From assembly GCF_964204865.1 (NCBI RefSeq), contig NC_135256.1:12834001-12898000 (forward strand): a stretch of DNA of 64,000 nt, written 5' to 3'. Of this stretch, positions 46,301-61,707 are shown in pieces. The notes under the pieces are model-generated. The model was not told where the DNA came from. It did not search any database and saw only the letters and a list, made by a program, of their open reading frames with translations. A program made the position numbers and the translations under genes. Origin of the DNA: Styela clava. Taxonomy: Eukaryota. The first letter of the stretch is position 1; each line of letters starts with the position of its first letter.

Positions 46301-49300
46301 TAGTCTATGCTGATATTACAGTTAGTGAAATTGAGACTTGAAATCGATTGCTCGCATTGATTTCAATATAACGCATTTCAATCAGAATATAAAAAATGCT
46401 GCATGCTACGCATCAATTCATGCGCTTTCGATTATATGATTGCGAAACGTTAATATTAAAATTGCCAACACTCATTTTTTACATATTTTCTCAGTCTTGG
46501 CTGACCTAATGAAATTACAGGGTTCCTTAAAAACTGTATAAGTATTATATATTATATTTGCCACTGAAGGCCTCTAGTTTTCAATCTTCATAAAGCCTGT
46601 AGTTGAAGTATATGTTTCCAGGGCCTATTAGCACTACTTTGCATGGAATTTTGATCAGATTTGTTTCTTTTATGGGATCAAGTTTTGACCGCCTTTGTAT
46701 TACGCGGTTGACGTTGGTGTTGATTTTGCTTAGTGGGATTAGTAGTAATAGACACATTGGGCTACACAAATAAACGTCTCAACTTTGGCTTTGTTTAGTG
46801 TCAAGGTCGGCAAAGTTGTTTTATGGTCATCCTTGGATAACAGCGGATATTTTGTATACCGTATCTTGATTATCTAATTCCACATTTGTTTAACACTTGG
46901 CTTTTCGAATACTAACTCATGGCATTTACATTGTGCCCTGATCAAGCTTGGCCTACCATCGATCGTTGATAGGAATAGATGAATGTTGCCATCTTTTATT
47001 TTCGGTGCAATCTTGATATCTTGCAAATGGCCTGCCAATGGTCATTTCAAATCTCGACCACTGGCGCCATCATTTCTAGCGTATCGGGGTCAATTCTTAC
47101 GCGATCCGTTTCTAAACATTAGTAAGCCCTTTACTAAAAAGGACTTCCGATAAAAATCTCCGTAACGGGTACAATATTACAGAAGAAGAGTTTGCCGCTT
47201 ACTGAGTTGTCTCTGGTAAAAATAGTCTGTTTCAAGTAGGCCGGTCAACAAAACAATTACCCCGATAGGCGATTAGTGACCGGTGGCTCGGGGCGTTTTT
47301 ATCACTATTTCATTTCCTTGGTATATTCTATAAAGTACCATCGATGTTGATTGTTTATAATAAGCAACTTGCAAAAGTGAATACGCGAAATTTTGGCGCG
47401 CTCACCATTTATAGTGCAATAATAATATACAATTGGCGAATATCCATTTTGATAAAAACAAGCAAACTTTGCTAACTTCCATATCAGACAAGCATCGCAT
47501 GATATGTGTGGTTGACCCACAGCAAATACGCATGATCGGCGCCACACTAATCGCAATTGGCGACCTTAGGTAAACGGACTCGACAAAAACAGACGCCAAC
47601 ATGTATTGAGATTTAACAGGTATACGATAAAAACTATTAATGTGTATTTAAAACAGCTTACAAGTTATATATATTGAAGTGACAAAATAAAATATACAAC
47701 AATGTGTTTTTAGTACCATGATAAACATGATCCACATGTAGATATGATTAAAATCCAGTTCTTTGCCAGGCATCAACTGTACATCAATCCCGATTTTTAT
47801 GTAGACTCCAGATTATTTGCATACTAAATAATAGACTACAACAAAACTATAATAAATATACCGTGAATTGGCAGTGACACAATGAACGCAAAAGTATGTT
47901 TACAATTTGTCTATCCTAACACTATAGTTTGCCAGTTGTGTGAACAAATTTCCCGAAAAGCAATACCGCGCATGGATGTGTAGTATCCATTTTGAATTGT
48001 TTTGCGTCAACCGCATATGTAAGAATACACTTATCTAATTACAATTTAATGTGCTGCATTGGTAATATCGCTGTAAAGATAGTGGTTTTGGGATATAATG
48101 CTACCCGAGCACTCACTGACGGTTTGAATGTGATTGCGAATTTCCGCCAATGATATTTTTTAAGTCTGTTTCACAAAATATTTTTTTATTCACTCGTCGA
48201 CTGAAACATTACAATGACTAATAATTTTGAAAAAGTGTGTGTCGTTATTCACGCTTTGTTAACCTTTCGTCCTAATACTCGCTGCGTACATGATAGTCTC
48301 AGATTTGTTACGATACGAAGTAAATGTTAGCAGTGTAAATAAAATATTGAATAACTTAAATTGGTCGCTCGAGGGATTGGTACAAGATTCACGCGCGTGG
48401 CCGATTTATCGCTTCTGCAGCGTTTGAAGTTTTCAAACTGAGACCCAGTCAGTCATGAGACAACGATAAATGAAAATCAGGTAGCACAATTTATATAGCA
48501 CCTGATTGTACATGATTGAGTTAACTCATTTGAATTGGTTTATTATTTTTCTGGCACATATTGCTAGGCTGGTAATTGAGAAATGGGGCCTGTAGGTTGA
48601 CCGTAATAAATAAAGCAAACAAAAGCTCCCAAAAACCTCTCTTCGTGAAGTGTGGTTTTTGCGTTGCCAAAAAGTACCCGAACTTTCCGTAAGCTGCATC
48701 AAGGCAAAACTAGAGATAAAACATTTCTTGAGTTAGATTTATCGCCGGTTCATCTGTGGTTAAAGAAATGTACGATTCCCGTTTGACAGGCGTGTTTACA
48801 TATCTAAATTCTCTACGCTGTAGGAATGATGAATTTTTGTTTGCCTCTTCGCGCGTGGAATATAATTAATTAATGGCTTGGTGTACACATCTTGGCTACT
48901 GTTTTAGCCGCCCGGTGCGTACAAAAATATTTAAACACTTTAAATTTGTTATGTTATGTCTTTTAGTGTTGCTAACGCCTTCTAATGGAATGACACTTGT
49001 ATAACGTAAACCTTAGCGGGTGGTCTAACACTTATACACAACAAGGTATAATTTGTGAATCAAACAAATACATATGCATAACACCACTGTTGCTGATAAA
49101 ATCAAAGACAAGGTGCAAACACGGGACAAAGCGTGCAACAAGCATTTAGTATTTAACAGACTGGTCTTTGTCTGGTTTTAAACTTACCTTTGAACTGTGT
49201 TATGCTTTACTTGTATACAAAATCCTCTATTTGTGGTGATTGACACTTTTGTTCAACGTTTGTTTTACTTCTCACTCGAAATGGGAATCTCCTCGGAAAT

Positions 49301-50734
49301 CTGAGGTATATAAATTCTACCAAATAGTCACCTGTCAAAGCGTAATAATTTTAATAAATAAATAAAATATAAAAATCACGAATGTGCATAAATTAAAGTC
49401 GGTAAAATGGAAAATCTTGAAGGAAGCTGTTGTTGTGCCCATCTAATTTTGACATTCTGAATTTTGAAAGTACCTTTTAAATCGGCCATACGACAAATTA
49501 CCGTAAAGTGCTTAGGGACCTATTTCATACAATCAGTATTAAAACATCGAAATTAATTTTCGATTTTTTTCTCACAAGCCGTTACATGCATTTCATAACG
49601 TTTAGAGGTTAGATGTGTGGACATTCAAAAATCCCGTCCATTTTAATAAATTCTACTTCCACATCCATATTCCGCCAATATTAATTTTCAATTTCCCCGC
49701 ATAAATTCCTGGCATTAATTTTGTTAAATCAAAACTCACCAGCTTAATCCAATTTACATTTGTACTTATTGGGATTTAGGGACATTCAGTAGATTAGTAC
49801 TCTGCTAATCTCAAGTCGAAATAGGGTAAATACTTTTTCTGTATTCAATTATACCAGATAACCGTTCTTTTGAAAACCGCTAATGGAATTTGAGCAGCAT
49901 CGGCAACATTTTTAGTTTTTTTGTTTTGTTTACGATTAACAAATGTCTACAACATACAATTGTAACCCTACGTAATTAATACCCATAAAAATAACGGTTA
50001 ACCCGATCTGGGATAAATTTTAACGGAACCGTCTTTGTAATAGCAGTATCCGTTTATATGTGAGTGTAATCGTTCTTGGTCAAAATGGTATTCCCAAGTA
50101 CATATTGGTAAAATGCGGTTTCAAAAAAAGCTCTATGGAAAACCGATGACTCTTGGAACAACAATAACTTAAATCGGACATTTATAATCTTTTAGTGATT
50201 TTTCCACCCAGCCTAGGGTATAAAATTAAGTCGGATATGCCGAACCGATAAAATTTCGACCAATCGAATCTTCGCTTTTAAACTCACTTCTTGGTTTTAC
50301 TCCATTGTTGACCTCACAAAGGGTGTCAAGTATTTCAAAGCCGAAATGTTTTTGTCGAGCGTAGACTTTGAAAACAAATTAATATTTTTGACAGAAGTAT
50401 GCAAGGAGGTATTTATCAGCATTAACTAAATACCGCCTAATAAAACAGCATCAATCGAAGGTAGAATGCTGCACGGGTGGTCTTGCATTATCATGCAATA
50501 TTTGGCTGTGTTTATTTTTAATAAAATAAAAAAGTTATGATTTTCTACAGTATTGCTTAATGTACGTGATTGTATCACATCCATACATTAGCTAGCCAAT
50601 GTATTTTGTTGATTTACTATTATTTTCTGCAACTACCCATACTATTGTCATATTCGATGTTTCCGAATTTTGAATGTTTATTCGTAGTTATTTGTATTCA
50701 TATTTAAATGAAAGTGTTGACTTTATTTTAACAG

Positions 50735-50899
50735 CCAAAGATCTTCGTGTTTGTCCAATGTCCGATAGACTGACATGCTGCAACAGACAAATGGAGATCA
50801 GATTCATGACCGCTGCAAGAAATGATGTCTCGAAAGTATTGGAATACAAAACATTAAGCTTAAGATTCAACTTCCGATCGTTTTCGAAAAATTTTCAAG
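50735..50899 (+). CDS. GPC5: Glypican-3/5 family, coding exon 2
   Basis: TTTTAACAG acceptor, phase 1-1. Reads AKDLRVCPMSDRLTCCNRQMEIRFMTAARNDVSKVLEYKTLSLRFNFRSFSKNFQ, matching the glypican DLxVC...TCCxxxMExxxxxAARxD signature, which is closest to GPC3/5. Confidence 0.93.
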
Positions 50900-53800
50900 G
50901 TTGGTGGAAGTCGTTTACTAATTATTTTTAACTCTTGCAGTCTTGATAGTGGTCTTTAAAAATGCATCAACTCGCCCAGCGGAGTTTATTACATTCGCAT
51001 TTGATAGTACTGAAATACAGTAGGAATGTCACCATACATTTGTATGTCTCTCAGGGGTGATGGAATTGGAGGAAAGAATTACATTACCGGTATATATATA
51101 CTACGCCGTATACATATACCTTATTCAGTTATCATTTTACGTATATGTCTACAATAGCATCTATATCAAACGAAAGTATGGAAAAATTAAAGGAGAAAAT
51201 AGATTTTAGATGAAATGTACCATGCTTTTTATCTAAATACATGTTTGAAATAATAAAGTAGTGGTTTTACAAATTTGACTCTAAATACAAAAAAAGGCTT
51301 TTAAACTGTCTGAATACATCTGCTTAGTGGGGTCAAGGTTTCCAAACACTATGCTTTGAGAGCAAAACTTGAGCTGTTATTCACCCCTGACGTTCATTAT
51401 GGTGATGTGTTTTTGTTACGCTAAACTCATCGTCTTATGGTGAGAGATTTTAGCAATTTTGTATAGGCGTGGTGAGGCTTAGCAAGTCACGATGTAGTAG
51501 TTGTTTTGTTTTAACGGGAAAGTTCCTCGAGAAACAAATTTTCTTAATGCTGATTGAACTGACATTTTGTTTTTATAACGGATTTTAACATTTGGTTTAA
51601 CGTTTAACTTTAAGCATGGTCATGATTGGATTGCACTTGAAATGTATACTCCTCCTATAATCATGCTTGCCTGAGAAGAATGTGAGCAAATTCTTATAAA
51701 ATGGGATTTACTGTCGTTTTTCAAATACATTATCTAGATGGAAATCTATGTAAATCTAATTACATGTCTATAATTTAATAAAAAATAGTGAATTCCACCC
51801 GTTATGGTCTCATTCAATTGATGGACGCTAGCCTCAGAGTGATGACACTCGGTCTGTTTTCAAAGCCAAATTTCTAATCATGGTTTGCCATGCTATTCAT
51901 AGTAATAAATGTATAACTGGTCACAAGTAAACGATGTCGTTTAGCTAAGACGGAAATATGTTCTATATAGTTGTGTACATATAGTAACTTTTATTTTCAA
52001 TTCATTGTCCTGATGAAGTATGTCTTTATGAACATTCGAAACATTGGCAAATTACATCGTTTGTATGTATTATATGCCATCGATATAGCTTTTCCACAAG
52101 TCCAATTTTTACCTTCATCAGTCAGTCCACGTTTTCCCCGACAAAAGACTGCTCCCCCGTCGCCTGCATTTCCCTGTTGTATCATATTAAGCGAGTGTTG
52201 GTATTTACTTTGAATGTCACTTAGATACATAACCACACTTCATTAAAAAGTGTTTTCCGGTTTTCAAGTTAAATTGTATAAAGTCACGATTTAAAAGATA
52301 AGAGTTAAATATCGCTATCGGAATATTTCCGGATTATAATATTTGCGAGGATGCATAATTGTTGTGAAATTTGAAGCATTTGACCAAATCACGTTTGCTG
52401 ATTGTATCTTTTATGATATGGGAAATATGTGAAAAAGACATAAAGACATATTATGCTAAAATTGTTGGTAGTTTACTAACCAGATGGTATCTCACTTTAA
52501 GAACTTATGAATTTAAGGCTAAATTTTCTGGCTCCACAATTGATTCGAGGCTGTGTACCTGATGAAAATCATATAATTTTTCGGTTTATTCAGTTGGTGT
52601 CATCATATGCATAGGTCACAAAGTTAAACGGGGCAAATATAATGCTTGAATCTTTTACAAAACGGCTGTAGTTCAATTTTCGTTCGTACTGTGAACTGAG
52701 ACCAATATTCATTCATGTAGAAATAACTAAAAACACAACGATTCGTTTGCACAACTTGCAAATCCTGTATACCTCACCACACTTCATTGTCGGGGTTAAA
52801 ATTAGTTGTATTTTAGTGACAAACTAATAGAACAAAGCTGTGTTTATATTGCAATTGTACAGCTGCCCATTTCCGACAATTCATGATAAATTGACTCCTT
52901 GTCATTTCAGATGGAAATTTATTTTTTTCTACTTTTTTCGGATTGGACTAATATTTAAAAATATACGTTATAGAAATCTGTGTGTGAAAAAGCATACTCC
53001 TTCATCCCGTTGTCCGCAGGCAATGTCGAATAAAATTTACCCCAATAATCCGGCGTTTGTGAATTAAACTGGCCTTTCGATGGCTTGATTCATGTCGCAA
53101 TTCCCCTCACGCAGTTAATAGATAAAACAAAGTCAAATACATAAAACAAATATACAAAAAATTGAGCAATATACGTTTTCGCCGACCTAACATTAGAATG
53201 GGCAATTTTGTAATGGTCAATGTCAATAGCTAAACTTTCTAATGTATTTACAATTAAAACTCCGACTCAAATATTGTCAATGCGATATCCATACCCGGTA
53301 TTCGGAATAATTAATTTCCCTCCAAGAATCTCCGACCAAATCTCATTATGCAGAAGAAAAACCTAAATGTCGCCAATGATTGAGTGTTTTTAGACTTGTG
53401 TTGGGGTCATGCCCTTGGTGTTGGGTGAAACAAGCATTCTCACAAAAACGTGTTACCCTTCATTACAATTATTCTTGGCAATGTATCAAACCCTCGAATC
53501 CAGTCCAGCACTCTTCATTATCTAGTACGATGGTGACAAAACAGGACTACTTAAAGAAATTTAATATTGGTTAATGTGGTATTGACTTTATATCGAACTC
53601 TTAAGTGGATTTATCGATAATGAAGATGAACGGGCCTGCTTGTATATTTATTATTTGAAACTCAAACAGAAATATACACTGATCGTCACTCCTTAGAGAG
53701 ATGTCTTATTCATTATGCAAATAATGAAATTAGAGAAGTGTTTGGTAAAAATGAACAACTGAATAAATTGGATGATCCGAGCCAAATTAATGGGTTTTAT

Positions 53801-56800
53801 TCGGAGAAGTTATCGCTTCAATATGATTCCGCCATCATGGACCTAATATCAACCGGAATACATGCTGATCTTTTTCGACCTAGTTCAAGTAGAAACTGTT
53901 TAAATAAGAATTACTTGTGAATAAAACAACAAAGTTGCGGCCCAACAAAAACAAACATATAAACATCAAAAAAATCCGAACCCGTATGTGACATTTTATC
54001 ACTTCAGTATTGTGAAGATATATACACAAATGTAACTTGACTTGGTCATGAATCTTCAGATAATAATAATTTGTTCAACTGTTTCATCACTTTACTGCTG
54101 TTGCGCCCAAGCCGCGAATTCCTATCGTCGAACCGTATTACCGGCGTTACTAATGACCTAAAGCGTTATCTTTTCGCGTAAAAGAAAAGTTTGTGTAAGG
54201 AACAATAGCAAGTTTATTTTACGGACATGTTTGTCAAACTACTCGAGTTTCCAGTCCATTCTATTTTACGAGAAAAAAATACGCAAAACGTAACGGTCAA
54301 TTTCCCGCGCCTAGTGTCCGATGTCCGTGTAGTAATGGTCAGTAAATAAAAACCATCCGTTCGCAAATTTGCACATTGTTTTTCCACGAGATACTTTAGT
54401 GCCTTGATTGACAAACAGTCTCATTAACGTTGCAAGGTAATTTTAACTGGGATCCACTTTAAAGCGTATAAAAGTATATGAACGTTTTTAATTACTTCGC
54501 CTATATGGATGAGAAATCTCTTTATGGATTCAATTAATGATGAATCAAAATTACCCCGCTGCAGAATCTTCAAGTTTATTTCATACCACGTGCTAAAGTT
54601 ACTAACATCCAACAGCATAAATTCTTTTCAATCAGTAGTCTAAGTACTAAAATCTTTCCAACAAACGAACGAACTCCAACGTTGCCCAACTTATATTAAA
54701 ACAAACGGAAATGTGTGATAATAACACGCTATAGTAGGATAATGGTAACGCGAGACCGGTGATCGTGTAATTGAAATGCAAAGCACACAGTAGTAGACAA
54801 TTTCAAGTATTCAGTGACTGGTCCAGAAAACGAATAAGCGCTCGCGAATAACGTTGCAGCAGCTAAAACGATTCCATTATTACTACGATTTATACAATTT
54901 CATTTAGTTTTCTTCATCCGGACAATTGATGGCAAATCTGTCATAATTTGAGCCCCCTTATCTGACGAAATATTGTATAAAACTCTTTCCCATAACATTA
55001 CAAGTCTTGGGAACTAGATTACTAATCGTGGTTTGATATTAGTTAATAGTCCTGTCAAGTCGAGATGTCTTGAGAATTGAGAGAGTAATCATCAAACAAA
55101 AAGTACATTCATGTTATGTGTGCTGTTTTCAACAAACTTGGGTCATTGATGAGACGAGACGCAAATACACACGTTAGGGATAGACCACGTGTGATCGGAG
55201 ATTATTGGTAAAAAGACATCCCCAATCCCAAAATGTTTCCCCAAGCGTCGATTTCTTCCATCATACTTATTGTCAATTGTACGGGTAGCTGGTATTAAAT
55301 GAATGTCTAAGCTAAATAAGCGATAGTGTTTTGAAAATGTGTCGTGAAAATATATGAAATTCAACAATTCCAAAACAGTTTTGCTCCTGTTGCACACTGT
55401 GTCTTCACACATTGGAAAATCATTTTCAGAATCTATCACGAAAAAAATATTGAACTAAAACTTAACTGTCTGCAAACAGAAGCAGGGTTGAAGGAGGCAC
55501 ACATGCAAATTAAGAAGCCTGAGTGATAAAAATATTATTCCGTTAAAGAATTTCACAATAAACCCACATTTTCTCGATATGTTTATTTTAATCTTCGGTT
55601 TTACGAAATGTCGTGGAGCAGAAAACATCCCAACTAATGATAGTGTATAACGCTAAACCCATCATTTCTCTCTTTTGTTGTTCGATCCACACAGGTGCGT
55701 AAGTTAATCCAGAGTCTAACACGCAATATATCCAACTATACACACTTCAAAGACTTTGTTAAGAAGCTTAGCCTACTGTGGGCGCGTGACGGCATACTGT
55801 ATTCACGAGTATGGCTTATGAGCCTATAATGAATGGACCACTGATCATATTGCTATACTTTGTGGTTTAGCGTAATCAAAGCTCGGTTTATTCGACTTTT
55901 TGGTGAGGTTGAAAACATAACCTAAAGTAGATTGATTTTATACTTGAATCTATTCAGTCATAAATACACCAAATAATCACGACGATGTCGATGGTCGGTA
56001 TTTTTGCGTTGATTGTTTCCTAATACTTGGTTTGTAAACCAATTTCAACTAGAAAACTGAATACATTAAAGGGCATTATTTTTCCCATATTAGAGCATGC
56101 AATGCTTCTTTCCATATAGCAAAAGAAAAACAATAATATTGCGAAAATTACTATGTATCTATGTTTACTTTTTCAGCAATAATGGCAAAAATTGTGTCCT
56201 ATCTAAATACCCAATAAATCGGTTCCGGTTTCCATTTCTAAAAATTGATATTTTTTAATTTGAATAGAAATAGGCTGAGTGAAAATCGAATATTTATTAG
56301 CTAAGTACTATCAATTTCACATCCTTCTCATTAAGTCCGGTTATAATTATCAATACTCATTCTAGCATTCAATATCAGAAGCTTCGATATCAATATCTTC
56401 GACTTCTTGGTATTATGAATATGTACTATGGTTTAACTTTACTCTATGTTGTAAAATAATGTTTTTTTTTCCTACTACAAAGTGTTTGTCATTGATTTGT
56501 GGCGATGTCTTAGATGTGTCGCTATGACATCGTTCAATAAGTAATTTGTATTCATTGCTGATGATGCCTGACCGTGCCAACATGAAAATATTGTCTATGT
56601 CATATCATACCAAGTGTGATCATAAATAATTTTCTGTTCTATGGAAAATTATTTGAATGTCATTCTTTATCGTGAGATATTTATCACTTGGATCGATTGA
56701 CATGAAAGATATTGAAAGTTGCAACCAACTTTGAAGATACTCGAATTTAATTCAGTATACTATTTTCAATTACTAAATTACTTTTATTGATTATAGTATT

Positions 56801-59800
56801 TTCCCGTTCATTCTTTTATTGGGTCAATCCTATACTCTTAACTTTTGCCAAAAATATTATTTACAAGCAGCATACGAAAATGCGGTGTTGCTACAAAAGT
56901 AAAATATACCAAACATAGAACGTTTATCTGGAATCTAGGTTGAAACTATAACTGGCGACCCTGCGAAAGCTATTTGCAATCAAATTGTATATTTCAACGG
57001 ATAAAACTAAAATAGTAGCAGAATCTGCATAACTGTGCATGCTTGTCTGCCATTTTTTGATTTTTGAACGTCTATGTTGTACTCTGATTTTAAATCATTG
57101 TACTAAACTACGGAATCGGTCATTAAAACATAAAAAAGCCTGGAGTTCAGCTGAATAAACTCATAGTATAAATCCGTTTGAAAGTTGAAGAACTTAAATG
57201 CACTTGCATTGGAAATTTATAGAAATCACTATTGCAAACGCTTTTCATGATTTATTCTCAATTTACACTCAAATGCAGATACATAGCATATAGATCAAGC
57301 CTGAACATGCATAAATATTCACTGAATTCTACCTGTTATAATCTTTACATACATTAGAATATCTACAACTTCTTTTCATTATGAGTGTTTCAATGTCGTG
57401 CGGGGTTAAGTGGGGTTAACATTTGTGACGTCAAAGGCATTATTCTGAAGCATTTAGATATATTTGTAAACCAGATTCGGTATTCGGTCAGTAAAGTAAT
57501 GATATACCTGGATGTACCTGCGAATAAATAACCATTTATAGTATATGAAGTGAAATAATTTTTTCAAAAAGTTACAAATGACATTCCGATACGGTGCCTA
57601 TGAATAATATTACTGTTCTGGGTGTTTCATTGATTAAATTAAATGAATTTACCATCACCATACAAGATTAGAAAAAAAAAATTATGTTACATATTAGAAG
57701 AATTTTTTGCTTAGGACAAGTTTGGTAGGTGCCCTTAGATTAATGATCAACCACGTTGCCTTGTTCAGTCCAAATGATTTTTGACTATGAGTTGTATTTC
57801 TATATACAATAGATAGAGAAATTTATCTATTTTTTAATTTTAATCACACGAGACAAAAAATAAATAACGAAGATAACCACCGAAGAATGTTCAAAATATT
57901 TAAAAAAATGTTTCAGCTGAGGTATGGTTCATTTTAAGATTATGTTTTTAAAATTTGAAGCAAACATTTTTTTCACTCTATGAAAATCAGAATCCCAGAA
58001 CGTTTGATCGATGCTTTTTTATTGATGTAGTTATATTATATATATATAATTACCTGGCCTATCTTCGATTTAAAATAATCTGGACTCGTGTCACTGGATA
58101 AATTGTCAAGCGTCACTGACAACCTGAAATGACAACTTAAGATGAGAAAATGAATGTAATTTAGGGGGATTGTCAATGACGCGGAACATACTAAATGGAT
58201 GATTCGACGAATAACAACTTAATCTTGATTTGACGCCAAGTCAATGGATCTGTGATGCATTATGATGTATTAGTCAACTATAAACAGGGAAATTAACGTA
58301 ACAAAACACTGCAAATTGGTAAAAATTTATAAAATGTGTCAATCTTAGATAGAAAGTAAGTTTGGGGATAGAAGAACTTTCTTTGGTAGTTCCCTATTTC
58401 AATATACTAATCAACACTTCCGGCGTAAATGCATCTCAAAAATAAAATTTAAGTGAAAGAGTTTCATTCTACAGAAAAGTGTGATTCTAATATTGACATA
58501 ACTTGACCCCCAATCGATTTTTACTGTTTTTTTACAACATTCAGAATCAAAACAGTGTGCATTACCATATTATTTTTATAAATCCAAGGTACAATATTGA
58601 GTCAATTCAGTATCAATATGACATAGGTTTTCATACACATTTTACGATTAGTCGAATTTGGATCGATATGTATTTTACTATTACAGCACCTGAATTATAG
58701 CATCTTAAATCTTTCGGCATTCATCAAACCATGCGAATGGATATTATTAAATTTCCTCGCGCGACATCGTAAAAATGTCGATTTATTGACACAATGTTCA
58801 TAAGTAAAATAATTTACAACCCGGCGTCCAGTTGGCACCGACAAATCGACAGGTACTTGAATAACCCGCATTGGCAGATAATCTTTGACCCGTAGTTAAA
58901 CGGCACGTGATATAACGAAGGTCGAAAGCTGATTTTGAATCATACCTGTGTCATATAATTTTACTTTATCGTTAAAGATTAGGTCTTTGATCATTTTTAA
59001 CACACTCAATCTGTAAAATAATGTTTTCGAAATCTGATCCTGCTCACATCATGGAAATCGGGGAAATATCACCTATATTTTACCGATACCATAATACTAA
59101 ATGATATCATAATGTCTCAGCGTGTATTTTTGTATTTGGCCATGGATTTTTACTTAACTATTTCTAATTTTTCACTGAGTTTGAAAATTTCAAGTAGAGA
59201 TAAAGTTGGTCGATAATATTTGACTTTTACACGTCGGTGGTCCTGTTCTATGACCGATGAATCAAAGAATTCAGGGATTCGTATAGACCGGAAATGGTTT
59301 CATGTTACAAGTCAATAGTTGAATGTTGTCTCGACTTTAACACAATTTCAATAGATTGAAGTAATTAACGTTCTTTGTTCTAATTGGTATATCTCTGTTT
59401 TAACTTGTTGGTTGCCGAGTAGAATAAAAAGATTCTTTTCAGTAAAGAATCTGAAAGGTTCGTTTCTGAAAAGATTTTAATGAGACTCTGAAATTTAAAA
59501 GACATTTTGATTTAATAAAAGAGCAAAATCTTTTTTCAAATAATACAAGTTTACTTCGTATTCCAAAACATAGTCTAGACTAGAGGTTTGTATAACTTAG
59601 TAACATACATTTCCAGTGATACAAGGAGCGAAGAATGCAAAGTTTTTTTGCGACAGTTGGCCATCATTGCGTTTGACTGTAAAATAATGAGAATTCAGAA
59701 ATTTGCTGGCAGTTGTCTTTCGTCTTAATTGAAAAAATCTTTGAAAGAAGAATAAGAATCTTTGAAAATTGAAAGAATCTTTCTGTCATTTACATTTTAA

Positions 59801-61080
59801 TGTAAATAAGCGTCCTCTAAACAACTTTGTCACTCATTTTATTCCCACCGGATTAAAATATATACTATATTTAACTACACACATTTGCTGATGTCCATCG
59901 TTAGCATCAACGTCGTCAACGAAAGATATCAATAGTTTTAATATATTTTGTATTGATCGTGGAGGGGAAGTTGGCTAGCGTTTCAGAAAGACTTGACTTC
60001 GCTAGGATTTAATTAATTCCTATGTCATTCTTAAATTAAGTTACATGGCAAATGTTACAAACTTGAATTCAAATTATGAGGTTTTATGTATTTTTACCTT
60101 TTTCTTTAAATCAGATATAATCCCTTTCATAAGTTTGTATTTGCACATTTGCAGACTCAAGAAATCTTGTACAATATACGTGACGGTAGTTACCGGGTTA
60201 TTCCAGGAGAAAAGTTTGTTTCCTATAAACTGTGTGTAATATTACCCTAGATTAATAGAAAATCGATGGACTGGACGGCGCCTGCCCATTTGAAAGTAAT
60301 TGGGCTTTCATTGATAACAACTGCAGTCTATAAAGACGAAACAAATAAAATTCGAAAAAATGTTCTTTACCATCGCATAAAACGAGGTGTTGAATTTCGT
60401 CAGCTTTATTCCCCACTAAAGTACGATATTATCAGTTTCATCTCGACACGACTTTCACGATTTTTTTCCCTCTGTTGCTCACAAACCGTAGATGATGCGA
60501 TTGCTTAGTATATTGTTCAAGCTTGATACAAGTTTCAGTTTGATTACATCTGCGGCAACGATTTTACGCGAATTGTCGCAATTGCGGTCGCCAATTGACT
60601 TGACCAAAAGTATGTAAAACTTTGAATTACACTTAGTCGTGTAGGTATGACGTTACTCAAAGAACTCGGCACCCTGAAAATGAAGTAATCAATGCGGTAC
60701 AAACTTGAGCTCTATAAAGACCAAATGCCCTCAACACGAGAAAACAGTTATTATCTTTTCGATATTTTTTCATATCTTTGCACTATTCAAAATTGCTTCC
60801 TAGAACTTGTATTCTGCAATTCTGGACCAATCAGAGCGGGTGTTGGATTGTTAGTCTTGCATTAGAAAGCACTAGAACTTGAGACGGTGACATTACTGGT
60901 AGATGAATAATTTATCCAATGACGTCATGTGTAAAGTTTTATTAAAATAATCTTAAAAATTATATGAAATCAGAGAAAACATCTATTCTACTTTACCGTC
61001 GATCTATTCAGAAAACTAACTTCCGTATTACAATAAATTTAGATAACGATTTTTTGATTACGATCAAGTTTGCAAGACCC

Positions 61081-61178
61081 CTGGAGTTTCAATTGAGTAT
61101 TTCGACAACATTTTGCGACTCCGGCTCCGATTCTATAACAGTAAAAAGCCCGGGCGCTGAGTTTAGACTCCACATCCC
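61081..61178. mobile_element. Fragment of the GGAGTC/GACTCC-repeat transposon family
   Basis: GCGACTCCGGCTCCGATTC...AGACTCCACATCCCT resembles the right end of the 3738-4003 element. Confidence 0.35.
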
Positions 61179-61707
61179 TTTTGCATAGAACGTAGACAAA
61201 TTTTGTTGATTTCAACACTGCCTCCCCACCCTCTGCCTCTGAAACCTAATACAAATATGCATGCATAATTTGTGAAAGGCCATCATTAACTATACAATAC
61301 CAATAAAATGTGGCGTAAGGCAAACTTGAGTTTTTTCTAATAAATTTTGGTAACTCGCGTGATTTTAATTTAACCTGATGAGGTGACTGATCTTCTCTAG
61401 CATGACAGCAAAAATTTGTGGTATGATATTATTTCTACAACCAGCAATCACTTTCAATATTGGTACTAAAAATTTCTTTTTTATTGGAAGGTGAAATTAT
61501 AAATCTGATCGTTATTTGTTTATTGATCTTCTGTCAAAAGTTGCACTAAGAGTGTGGTATCGCAATCGGCGTGCGAGAACATACTCTACTTGGAGATGTC
61601 GGTTTAAGATAATGCTACAAGCCTACGATCACAGCAAGCCAGGACAAAAAATAAAACTACAATAATTTAGCTGTAGAGGATTTACAAGACTTTATTTCGT
61701 TTTTCAG

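Noticed and set aside
47400-47425. Minus-strand TATTGCAC, the miR-92 5' end/seed
   Set aside because: The remaining sequence does not match mature miR-92, and no hairpin is evident.
59425-59790. Scattered AAGAATCTTT-like motifs
   Set aside because: Too degenerate to define ends, period or TSD. It may be an old repeat but cannot be supported.
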